This document shows, in pieces, positions 1 to 10,065 of a stretch of DNA of 64,000 nt (the first letter of the stretch is position 1; each line of letters starts with the position of its first letter). The notes beneath the pieces were generated by a model. It did not search any database. It was given only the letters and a program-made list of their open reading frames with translations, and was not told the DNA's origin. The stretch is from Prorocentrum cordatum (taxonomy: Eukaryota): assembly GCA_963575745.1 (NCBI GenBank), contig CAUYUJ010000243.1, positions 1 through 64,000 on the forward strand, in the 5' to 3' direction. Both the position numbers and the translations under genes were made by a program.

Positions 1-900
1 TAACTTCCGACGAGCTTAAAGGAGTCGACCACGCGTAAGGGCCGTTCCGCCAGAGTGAGCTGGGTAACGGCTGTGTGAAGCTCGTCGGTGAGCGCCCACC
101 CCGCCACTTTGCCAGGATGAATGCGTTGACCAGAAAATCGATCAAACTTGGCGGTTTCATCAAGAGATTTCTGCAACTCAGGCGCGGTATGGGTAGTGGA
201 GTTGCTGTCGTCCACGAAGGTAGTGCTAAGTGATCGCGGAACGTATCGATGCTGTCTCTTGGTCCACACACACATGAGCAGCTTAATGTCGTCCAGGGAC
301 CAAGAGCTTCCCTGGAGGTGCCCGTTAGTCCTGGCCAGTTCCTTAGAGTACGCACCGTTCATGCGGATGAAGCGTTTGTGGCGCCTGTAGAAGTTTCTGC
401 GGACAGTAACGATGTCTTGGGGACACCCCGCGTGAAGCGCAAGGTTAAGACAGATGTCCGTGATGAGGTAGTCGAAACACTTCTGTCGGTCCAGGGCAGC
501 TCCAGCTAAGGGAAGGAGTAAGGCCCTGGCGTGTTCGATGCGCAGGGCAAGAGAGGTGCTGACGTCCCCAATGGTAGCTTTGGGGACAGCGCCAAAACTC
601 GTGGCGTGGGTCCATCCTTTCCGCCAGTCCGTGAGGCTGCGGTAAGCTGGCGCTTCCCACGCATACATCCAAACGGAAAGCACCGAGAGAAGTAGTTGGT
701 CCGTTGGGAGTTCGCCTCGGCCTTTTCGGAGGCACGGGTTTGGCACGTGGAGGAGGGGCTCTGGGATGGTGCCAGTGCGTTGCATAGCGCGTAGGACGCT
801 GGCGAAGAGGCGAAGAATGTCGTCGGGTAACTCCTTAGCCTCCTTAGTAGTCCAGCCGTCCAGTCCCCCCGCGCGGCGCGGTGAACGGGTGCGAATGAAG
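1..900 (-). pseudogene. Non-LTR reverse transcriptase domain, frameshifted and truncated by the window edge
   Basis: Manual translation gives AGGLDGWTTKEAKELP, CLRKGRGELPTDQLLLSVLSVW, RTNGHLQGSSWS, TTFVDDS (FVDD at 207-218) and FSGQRIHPGK. A stop and a frameshift occur near 506. Confidence 0.9.
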
Positions 901-2029
901 TGGATGAGTTGGTCGTCAGTAAGGTGGAAAAGGGGTAGCTGGTGCTGGCGTAGGCAGCTCCTGTCGGTACTCGTCGTAGAAGTCGGCCCACGTCGGCATG
1001 GCTTCGGCGTCATGTCCCGCACGTGCACGGTACCTGCCCAAGATGGGCTCCCAGGTGTCGACCATGAGCTTCAGCATGTCCTTGGTGTTAGCAACAATGG
1101 CGTTGGCAGGGAGGATGTCGGGGACTTGCGCAGGTGGTGGTTCACGAGTGTGGTCTTTGTCGCTGTCCGTGTCGGGCGAACTACCGTCGCTGGGGCTGAA
1201 GCCGCCAGCTTCGGTGTCAGCGTCGCTGTCGTCCGTGCTAGCTTCGTCAGGTTTAAAGGCGTTGGTGTCGCAGTGGAGTTGCGTATCGTCAGGTGTGGTA
1301 GGCGTGCGAAGATACGCCGTGGGCGAGCTGTCAGCAGCCCGTGCGTATATGGCCGCCTTTCGCCCGCTTGGCTCACGGACGCCCTCAGCCCATATCCTGA
1401 TGCGTTCAGCTTTGGCACGGTTCGCGCGTCGCGCCAGCTCCAAGTCGAGGTGTTGGATCAAAACGTCAAGGTGCTCTCCGTGAGGCACTGGCTCGTCGGG
1501 GGTCCAGGCCTCGGGGACGTCTAGGAGAACCGTGGGGCGTAGCTTGTGGCATAAGAGGCGGGCCGCGGTCCACGTGCAGTCGATGCGCTGCGCGAGGTAC
1601 GGCGGGATAGCACGGCAATCCAAATGATGTGCTGTCCGATGAAACGGAGCTCACAGAGTTGCCGATGGAGCTTGCGCAGTCGGTTCATGTGTATCGTGGA
1701 AGCTCCGTAGGTGGGGAAGGCGCGGGGGACAACTGGTCGATCTTCGAACGTGGGCGTGAGCCCGTGCATGGTGGGGGGCTTCTGTTTTGGGTGGTCGGGC
1801 GGTGGAGGTGGCAGGTCGCGCAGACGGGTGAGATGGCACTCATGACTGGCCTCGTTAGCCAGGGCGAACATGCGCTCCACGTCGTCGCGTGTGTCGGCCT
1901 GTTCCATGCGGTCCTGATATCGCCCAGCGACGAGGGTCCCTAGTGCCTGCAGCTCGTGACCCTCATGAGCTCCATCGTCGGGAGGGTAGGGCGTGGGGGG
2001 CAAGAAGACGTCGGGCCGTATGGTCGAGG

Positions 2030-2870
2030 CGACTGAGGTCAAGCGTGACCTGCAGGCCAACATGAGACTTCGCTGGCAAGTCGCGAAGGTAACAGAAGTC
2101 GGCGACAAGGGATCGCGCCGCTTGGTTGGCAATGATATAATCGATGCGCGAAGTACGGGGGCACTTGGTGACGCGGTCCCAGTCAGGGATATTGCCGTAT
2201 GTGTGCATGGTGTGGTCTGGTGTGCCCTCAGCAACGTTGAACCATCCGTGCTGCAACATGTGCAGAAGGTGTGGGTTGTCGTCAATGTTCGTATTGGCGT
2301 CCATGCAGATGAAGTAGGGGGCTGCGCCGACCCTCGCGGCGGCGCAGTCAGCGAGCCGAAAAAGAGCTGTGCTGTCTCCTCCAGCAATCCCGTAGAGGCT
2401 CGCTATGTAGATCCCCGCGGGCCCGTGGTTGTTTCGTCGCCGCCTGCGGCGGTGTTGAGTGCAGAGCGGGAGAAAAACCTCGTGCCATCTTTTCTTGGCC
2501 TTGAGGGCGACGATACAGGGCGCATTGTCGTCGACAGTGAAGTCGACAATGGCATCCTTAGAGAGGATGGCGACCCCTCCCGAGGCGCCAGTGTTGCCCA
2601 CGACGGTGTGGTCTGTGACGCCGTGGGCAGCTCTGCGCTGGGCTCGCGCCAGATCTAGGTCAGGTCCAAGACTGGCGTGGTATCCTCCGTGGAGTGGATT
2701 GGCGGCGCTGGTAGCGATGGCTTGCCTAGTCGGCTTGGCATGTCGGGTCTCCTGCAGTGCTATGACTGCGGCGTTGTGGTCGACACCAAGGGCGGTGATG
2801 GTTGGCCAATTCGCTGAGAGACTGGTGATGTAAGGCTGACGAGGTGTATGGAGCGACCTGGCCCGTCTCC
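2030..2870 (-). pseudogene. APE-like (exonuclease/endonuclease/phosphatase) domain of the LINE
   Basis: Motifs VIALQETRH, SGGVAILSK, IASLYG, FICMDAN, TSRIDYIIAN and KSHVGLQVTL match the conserved APE blocks (QE, GGV, xDxN, RIDY, xH). Confidence 0.88.
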
Positions 2871-3088
2871 ATCGGTGGAACTGGGGTTTGCACGCCCCGC
2901 GCGGTGAAGGTCAGCCTGACCCTCGCCCAGGTAGGAGGCTTGGCCACAGTAGGAGCTCATGGCGTTCCTATGGATTAGCTTGACCGGGGCTGAAGCCGCC
3001 GCCAGGCCAGAAGTATAGGCGGGACACGGTCGGCACTGCGCCAGGGGGGGTTCATAAACGTCAGTGAAAATGTCACGAAAAATCCTCC

Positions 3089-5130
3089 TCACTCCAGTAC
3101 TGTAGGGGACGAGGGGAGGAGAGGTGAGACGGCAGCAGAGGGAGAAGGAGGCGACTCCTCGATCCGTCCTGCCGAACACAGAAACACAAGCGAACCAGCG
3201 GCGGCGGCTAGGCGCGGCGGCGGCACAACGCACGCGCATGTACTGCGCACGCGACACCGCTGGTCCCTCCTGCGGTGGCGCGCCCGCCCCGTCAGTATCT
3301 TGATGAGCAGCATCTGTGGAACGGCTCCAGCAGCACGGTCGGAGGCCTGGCGCTGGGCCTCGTCCATGCCCGCTGCCGTGAGGCCCACGTTGCGGACAGG
3401 GCTGATTCCCCGCGGGGCCGCCGCTGCCGCGGCAGCAGCTGAGGTGGCGGGGGCTCCGCCCCGACTCTGAGGTGAGAGCGGTGAGCCACCGCCGAAACCC
3501 GCAACAAGGTTCTTGACACGGTACTTGTTCTTGAACGGGTCGAAGGTTGGCGCCTCGTCGATGGGGACGATCACGCGGGTGGGCAGCGGCGGCTCGTGGT
3601 CCGTGGACGGCGTCGGCACGAGGTCGACCTGGCCAGGTTCGATGACGCTGGCTCCGAAGCGTGGCACCACTTCGGGGGCTCGGCCATCAGCCTGAGTCTC
3701 GCGAGGCGGCGAGCTCTTGGAGCTCCCTGGGGCCTTGCGTGAACTGTGGCGGCTGCAGGTCCTGCTGCGCGGGACGCGCCCGCCCGTGTGGCGGTCGCGT
3801 GGCGAGGTCGCCTGGGCATTAGCGCGCTCGGAATCCGCCCTGCTCGGGGATCGGATCGGCGCCGCGCAGGGTGATGGGCTGGGCTGGCGAGAGGCGCTTA
3901 TGCCGCCCTCCTCCGTGGCTGTGGCCTGGTCGGGGTCGACAGCGTCGGGGCGGGGGCTGACGTGGTGGGCGCTTCCCTCGCTGTGCCGCGGGGAGGCGCT
4001 GTGATGCGCCTGGATGTGCGTGAGGACGAGCGGGGTAAGCGGCTGCCTCTCCCGCTCAGGTGGGGCAGGTTTGGCCTGGGCAGGGCGCAGTGCTGCAGCC
4101 ACGTTTGGCGGGGGCGTGTGCTGGCGCGGTTGCCAAGCGCGCACGTTCGCATCACGCCATCCTTCGGGGCGCCCAGCCCTGCCACGGTTTGTTGCAGCCC
4201 CCTGGGCTGAAGCCGCAGGGGTTATCACTGCGGGCTGGTTGCTGGAGGTGCCATTATGTCGGCCTGAGTAAAGGCCCCAGGCGCGCGTGGACCCTGGCAC
4301 TGGCGAGGTGGCCCTTGGGAGGGCCTGCACGGGTGCACGCGGGTAGCCGATGACCGCTGGGTGTACCCTGGCGTGGGGGGCGTGGCCGTAGCTGGAGGCG
4401 GCTACTCCAGCAGCCGCGGGCCTGGCACCTATGGGGCCACGGTAGTAGGCGGCAACCCCGTCGTAGGCCGTGTTACCGCCTGTCGGGACTCGCGCGGGGG
4501 AGCGGAAGCGTGGCGTGCCGTGCTGTCCTGCGTCACGTTGGTCCCGCTGCTGGATGCGCTGCTGGTGCTGTTGGCGACGCTGCCAGTCGGCTCTCGAGAG
4601 GGGACGGGTGTCGGGGAGGATGGTGGCCACGTCGGGCCGCTGCCAGCCCCGATAGACGTGCTCGAAGGCGTGGTCAGGGTAGGTCCCCCCTACGGGTGAG
4701 TATCGCCGCACATGCTCAATGTAGTCGATGTTCTGCGGCTCGGAGATCGCCGTGATGTTGACGGCTCGCTGGTGCGCTGGTCCATAGAGGCAGAAACTAC
4801 CTCGGTTGCTGCGGTCGTGGTTTAGCTCGGCTTCGGTCGTGGCACGGCTCACCATGGCGTCGCAGAGTCGCATGTCGTAGTCGAGGGCTTGAGGCCCAGG
4901 ACCACCCTCGGCGTCCCAGTACAGTACCACATCTCGCCAGCGGGTGCGGGTGGTGTGGATGCGCTCGGCGATCGACTCGCAGACGGTCCTGACCGTGACA
5001 CGATCCCTGTACATCTTGGTGATGGCTAGGGAGTAGGGTCGGCGGACCGTCTTGTTGAAGGTGAATTCCTCCTTGAGGGCCTGGTGGGGACTGAAGAGCA
5101 CGTAGCCTTCCCTCCAGAGCGGTTGGTCGG
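3089..5130 (-). CDS. Hypothetical LINE-internal ORF (~670 aa, mostly low complexity); probably the frameshifted continuation of ORF 9906-5026
   Basis: Long open frame overlapping the end of the 1626-aa ORF. The N-terminal ~150 aa look globular; the rest is Pro/Ala/Arg-rich. Confidence 0.5.
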
Positions 5131-8100
5131 GGGAAGGTTCTTCGGGAATCCAGGTGGCCGCCTTGTGCCGTCAGGCAGTCCCTGCCTGGGGACGCGCCGC
5201 GGCTGCGGAGGGAGGTACCATTGACCCTGGTAGCCTGCTTGCCCTGGTTGTGGAGGTTCCCCCCCGGGGCCTGAAGGCGCTCGGGGGGGTTCCTTAAGGT
5301 CGTGGAGGGCTGGCGCGTTGCCGAATTGGCGGGCAAGGATGTGCGGCGGCATCCCTGTGGCACGGACGTCGAGCAGGTTGTGTGGCCTGGGGGGATGGAG
5401 GCACCTGCTGGACAGGCAGCATGTGTCGGAGTCCCTGTTGTTGGTGCTGTATGCACACGTCCAACTGTTGCACGAGTAGTCCGTTGACCAGTCCATGAGT
5501 GTACGCAGTCCGCTGCGGCCGCAGTCTGGGCATGTTGGTTGGCCCGAGGTGCCGAGCTGCGTGTTGCGGCGGGCGGCACAGTACTGACAGCATTGGAATC
5601 GACACTGCAGGCAAGACCAGCGTCCTGGTAAAGGCGGGAGCGCATGCTCATTTGTGCCTGGGTCGTCTGGGTGGGGTCTCGGGCGATCCCACAAGGGCCA
5701 GACGTCAGCAAACCAGGATTGGCCTGTAGTGCGGACAACCTCGGCGGGAAGGCGTGCGTCCTCGGCGTGGCCCCTGATCCACTGGGGCCCCATGTCCGCT
5801 GGTACCATGACGGTGCGCCAGGTGTCGTCCGCTTTGACGTGGACTTGGGTCGGTGCCCAGAGCTTAGTAGTGGTGTCGCCGTGGTCGTGGTGGAGGATGA
5901 CCCAGCCGTCCCGCCCATCCACCGCAGAGTCAATAACGCGGTGGCCCATGACTGTCGTCCCCCACGGTAAGTAAGCTCCATCGTGGTGATCACCAGGGTC
6001 GAGCCAGACCTCGATGCCAGGGGCATTGACACGGGACCGCACATCACGGACATGGTAGGCGAGGACGTGGTAGGCAGTCGGCTCCTCTTCCGTCACAATG
6101 TGCTCCCACGTCTCGATGCCACTGTTGTCTGAGGTGGAGTTCCCGTCACTCTGTCGTGACGAGCGAGAGGCAGATCGTCGTGGACGAGCACGGCCTCGGG
6201 CGAGGGCGGCGGCCGCGCTGATGAGGGAAGGCGTACGGCGTTCGTCGGCTCCAGATGTCGTCGATGAGCGGTCTGGACTGTGCGCCAGGGCTGTGCCTAA
6301 CCTGTACGTGCGTGGTGGGCCCGACGCGGCCCCAGGGCTGGAGCCGCTGGGGCGCGACCCGCGTGCGTCAGGGTGCCCCCGCACGGGGACAGCTTGCAAG
6401 CCAGTGTACACCAGGTCGATGAGTGGTTTCGGGTCCAACTGGAGCATGTGAAGCGAGACACGTGGGCGGGGCTGGTTAGGGTCATCCCTGGTGGCTGCTT
6501 CCGTGTCGTAGTGCTGTTTGGCCCATACTCGCGCTGCCTCTGGCGAGTATAGCGCCTGCGGTGGTGGCCATGCTGCCGCGATGGCTGGTCTGCGCCTGTT
6601 GCTAGCTTCCTGGTCGTGAGCTTCAGCCGCCTCACGGAGATCAGGATGATCGTAACCAGCGATGTGGAGGGCGTGCGCGCAGTCGCCCATGCCATAGGCG
6701 TGTGGAAGGGCACGGCACCTGGAAGCAGCTTCTGTGGGGGCACACCAGTCCATGCGGATGAGGAGGCTCAGGACCCGAGGGTAAATGAGGCGCGCTCCGT
6801 GGGCCTCCCCTTTCACGTAGTTGTGCCTGTTTTCCCCGCGCGGTGGTTGGGAGGCCTCGCACATCCAGAGTGCGATGGGTCCCCACGCGAGGGTGTCGTC
6901 TTCAAGACTGTAAGGCGGGTGTGGCGGCATTGCGTACCACGCGGCCAGCGAAGGGTGCACGCTCGCGTACGTGCGGCCAACGTTGGTGCCAGTTCGGCCC
7001 TTCGCTTCACGGCGGGGACCTGGCAAGAGGTGCCCTCCACTGGCAGCAAGACGGGCCGCAAGGTCGCCGCGGGTCCCATGCCAGAAGACAGTGGGCGCGT
7101 CGGTGGTGGGTTGGCGGAGGTCCCACGTGAGGTATGGGAAGATTGTCTCGCCTGAGTTCCCGCCCGAGTCTTCCAGCACCCAAGTGAGGCGGTTCGGTGG
7201 CCTCTGCATGATGTCCGTCCACGGCCCCAGCGCTTGGAGTGTTGGATCATGAGTAAATCGAGGATGGTCGTGGAGTCGCAGAGCGTCTTTGATGTCCTCT
7301 GTAGACACGCCACTGTTGCCTAGCGCAAAACCGTTTTGATACAGGGCATTAAGTATGCTCTTCGGCGGCACGGGGACCGCTGGGTCGCGCTGGATGGTGT
7401 TGCGTAAGTTGCGTGTCGGTGGCTTGAGGGCAGTGTAAGGCATACCAGGGCCTGAAGGCGCCTGGGGCCTGTCGGGTGATGCATAGCGTGCTCGCCGTCG
7501 TGGTGGTTGGGTGTCCGCGTCGGGGGAGGAACCACGGGCGTCAACATGTCGGAAGATAGACCACGGGCTATCGTGGGTGCGCTCACGCGTTTCCCTTGCC
7601 TCGGTGTCGCTGCCGTGTGCTGTGGCATCCTCGTTAGTCGGTAGGTTACCGAATGTCGCTCCGCTCTTGGAGCCGTCTCGTGGAGACGGGCTGGTCGATC
7701 TTGGTGTGACAGACGAAGCTCGCGACACGGCGGCAGTGACTTCGACGATGGCGGCGGTGGTGGCGGTAGTGACATCGGCGACTGCGGCGGCAACTGCTGC
7801 GGCGTAGTGTTCCTGTAGCAGCGGATGTCGGAGTGCGTGCACATGCTGGTCGTCGTGTTCGTCGGCGAGCGTGCACGGCATTTTGTATGTGGCCTCGTCC
7901 CGCGGCCTCCTGCTCGGTTGGCAACAGCGGAGGCACCACTGGGCTGTGGATGAGTCCAGGGCCCGCGCACAGATGCGGGCTCCTACGTGTCCAACAGCTC
8001 CCTGGGCAAGAAGTTTGGCACCGACGAGTAGAAGCCCACACACGACTCCACCTGTGGCAATAGCCCCTAGCTTGCCGCTGGCCCATTTCAGGACACCCCC

Positions 8101-9906
8101 GAGGCCGACCCCGACTGCAGTGGCTCCGCCCGAGACGCTATCTCTGAGTTTGACGCTGGTCCATTTGAGAGTGGCCCACAATGTGGACGTGACATTGTAT
8201 GTCGTTTTGCGTCGGGATGTGGTGGACACCGATGGGACTGGTGCCGTCGCTTTGCGTCGTCGTCGTTGTCGGTAGCTGGGGTCTCGGCTCGGTGTCGGCA
8301 AGTACCCATCGATCTGGTCCTTGTACGGCATTGCTATCGCGATGGCGTACGTGGCCACAAAGAGGCAGATGAGGCAGCCACAATGTCGTGATGCCGCTGC
8401 GCTGTGCTGGGGCTCGTGGGAACCGCTGGCATCTGGGTACTCATCATCGATGGGGTCGTTGTCGATGTCGGCCTGCCAGTGGCCAATGACACTGGGGTTG
8501 GGGTCAGTCACGTTGTCACGGTGTACGGAGGTGAAGGGCGTGGTGCTGCCACCTGCGGTCTGGGGATGTCCAGGTCTAGCCAGTGGTGCAGCGGGGCTGA
8601 AGCCGCCACTGCACTGGCTGGCATGAGCTGGCGATGCAGTGGAATGGCTTGTCGCGTCAGCGGCAGTGACGCCTTCAGCGTCGTTGAGCTGTGCGCTGGG
8701 GTCGGCCTGAGCTGAGTTGTGGGGCGGACTGCTGTGCAACGAGGTGTGCCCAAAGTAGGGTTCACTGTCGCGGTCACGCTGGGCCGAGTCGCCTGGTGGT
8801 GTCGTGCCGTCTCGATCCTGGGTATCGATGCCGTCCTGGCTATCGTCCGACGCGTGGAACGAGTCCATGGATATGTTGCCGATATCGCTGGCCGCGATGT
8901 GCTGTAGCAGCCATGATACGGGATCATCTGCGGCCTGATCGGTGCCGTCCATCGGCGCCGCGGCGAGCTCCGCCTCGACGAGCGGCAGCATGTCTGGCGG
9001 TTGGTGCAGAATCACGTCGGCGAGGTACGCCATGGCGTCTTGGTCGGGTGGAGGGAGGCCTCTTGGCAGCAGAGCATGGGCCCGTGAGAGGTATGGCGGC
9101 AAAGGTGCCGTGAAAGCCTCAGGACCGACGAGCGTGGCACGAGCGCCCTGGTATTCCAGAAGGAGGCCAAAGTAGCGGGTGGCGTACTCGCGGCTGCTCT
9201 GGATACGAGTGAGGTTGCGGTTGATGCGCTGCCTGTCGGGGCCCGCTCTGTGCCAGATGTCCTCGCACATGTCGACCGCAGTGCGCTGACGCAGGGTGTC
9301 GGTAGTGTCCTCGGACTCCTCCTGGAAGAGGTGATCGTACTGTGGCAGATGAAGCGTCGCCAGGATGTACGGGACGCAGTCCTCGAGCCATGCCCAGAAC
9401 ATGTCCTGGTTGTCCTCACCTGGTGCCCACGCCCCCGCACACGGTATGAGCCGGGCGCGGATCGTCATCAGGTGCCAGAAAGCAGGGTCCTCCTCGGGTT
9501 CGCCCCTATCACACAGGGGAGTGGTGAGACCCGTAGGGCAATAGCGGGGCACAACAGCGGGGCTGAAGCCGCCACTGTGTGCCTGGCCTATGCCGCACGG
9601 ACCCGCGGCAACGGTGCCGTTCACGATCGAGTCCAAAATGGTGCAGTGATCGTACTTGTAGATGCTGTCATCGTAGAGGTAGAAAAGGGTCCCACGTTCA
9701 GCGTGTCGCAGGAGAATCTCACCTCCATGCTGGGGCGCACCGCCTGAAGACGGGTGTGCTCCAGCGAGCGAGGGGAGGGCCAGGCTGCAGGCAAGGCGCC
9801 ACATGATGGCGAGGCCTGGCGGGCGGCGCGAGCGATGAGCCAAAAGCTGCATGTCAGCACGCATCCTCAGATACCCCTGCATGCTCATGTACATTGCAAC
9901 AAACAC
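5026..9906 (-). CDS. 1626-aa multidomain ORF: signal-like N-terminus, hydrophobic segments, ADP-ribosyltransferase (PARP-like) domain, Cys-rich Zn-binding cluster
   Basis: TVFWHGT (HGT at 7072-7080)...GRTYASVHPSLAAWYA...ALWMCE...NYV...IYPRVLSLL. Cys cluster WSCLQCRFQCCQYC..CPDC..CNSWTC..CCLSSRC at ~5390-5620. Hydrophobic runs CLICLFVATYAIAIAM and GGVVCGLLLVGAKLL. Confidence 0.7.
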   Translation of the reverse strand: MFVAMYMSMQGYLRMRADMQLLAHRSRRPPGLAIMWRLACSLALPSLAGAHPSSGGAPQHGGEILLRHAERGTLFYLYDDSIYKYDHCTILDSIVNGTVAAGPCGIGQAHSGGFSPAVVPRYCPTGLTTPLCDRGEPEEDPAFWHLMTIRARLIPCAGAWAPGEDNQDMFWAWLEDCVPYILATLHLPQYDHLFQEESEDTTDTLRQRTAVDMCEDIWHRAGPDRQRINRNLTRIQSSREYATRYFGLLLEYQGARATLVGPEAFTAPLPPYLSRAHALLPRGLPPPDQDAMAYLADVILHQPPDMLPLVEAELAAAPMDGTDQAADDPVSWLLQHIAASDIGNISMDSFHASDDSQDGIDTQDRDGTTPPGDSAQRDRDSEPYFGHTSLHSSPPHNSAQADPSAQLNDAEGVTAADATSHSTASPAHASQCSGGFSPAAPLARPGHPQTAGGSTTPFTSVHRDNVTDPNPSVIGHWQADIDNDPIDDEYPDASGSHEPQHSAAASRHCGCLICLFVATYAIAIAMPYKDQIDGYLPTPSRDPSYRQRRRRKATAPVPSVSTTSRRKTTYNVTSTLWATLKWTSVKLRDSVSGGATAVGVGLGGVLKWASGKLGAIATGGVVCGLLLVGAKLLAQGAVGHVGARICARALDSSTAQWCLRCCQPSRRPRDEATYKMPCTLADEHDDQHVHALRHPLLQEHYAAAVAAAVADVTTATTAAIVEVTAAVSRASSVTPRSTSPSPRDGSKSGATFGNLPTNEDATAHGSDTEARETRERTHDSPWSIFRHVDARGSSPDADTQPPRRRARYASPDRPQAPSGPGMPYTALKPPTRNLRNTIQRDPAVPVPPKSILNALYQNGFALGNSGVSTEDIKDALRLHDHPRFTHDPTLQALGPWTDIMQRPPNRLTWVLEDSGGNSGETIFPYLTWDLRQPTTDAPTVFWHGTRGDLAARLAASGGHLLPGPRREAKGRTGTNVGRTYASVHPSLAAWYAMPPHPPYSLEDDTLAWGPIALWMCEASQPPRGENRHNYVKGEAHGARLIYPRVLSLLIRMDWCAPTEAASRCRALPHAYGMGDCAHALHIAGYDHPDLREAAEAHDQEASNRRRPAIAAAWPPPQALYSPEAARVWAKQHYDTEAATRDDPNQPRPRVSLHMLQLDPKPLIDLVYTGLQAVPVRGHPDARGSRPSGSSPGAASGPPRTYRLGTALAHSPDRSSTTSGADERRTPSLISAAAALARGRARPRRSASRSSRQSDGNSTSDNSGIETWEHIVTEEEPTAYHVLAYHVRDVRSRVNAPGIEVWLDPGDHHDGAYLPWGTTVMGHRVIDSAVDGRDGWVILHHDHGDTTTKLWAPTQVHVKADDTWRTVMVPADMGPQWIRGHAEDARLPAEVVRTTGQSWFADVWPLWDRPRPHPDDPGTNEHALPPLPGRWSCLQCRFQCCQYCAARRNTQLGTSGQPTCPDCGRSGLRTLMDWSTDYSCNSWTCAYSTNNRDSDTCCLSSRCLHPPRPHNLLDVRATGMPPHILARQFGNAPALHDLKEPPRAPSGPGGEPPQPGQAGYQGQWYLPPQPRRVPRQGLPDGTRRPPGFPKNLPPTNRSGGKATCSSVPTRPSRRNSPSTRRSADPTP

Positions 9907-10065
9907 ACCCCCAGCAAGATGACAGGTGTCCCTACACCAGATAGCTTGCTCGTGCTGCTGCCAAAACTGACATGATATGACAAGAAAGAGATACGACGCG
10001 AAGAGAGAAGAGATGCCTCTGAAGGCGCTTCCTCGGAGGGCTGAGGCAGGCTCTCTGAGGCACCT

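Noticed and set aside
9835..9848. TTTTGGCTCA near the start of the 1626-aa ORF as a relic SL
   Set aside because: Only a 10-nt match inside an open frame, which is insufficient alone.
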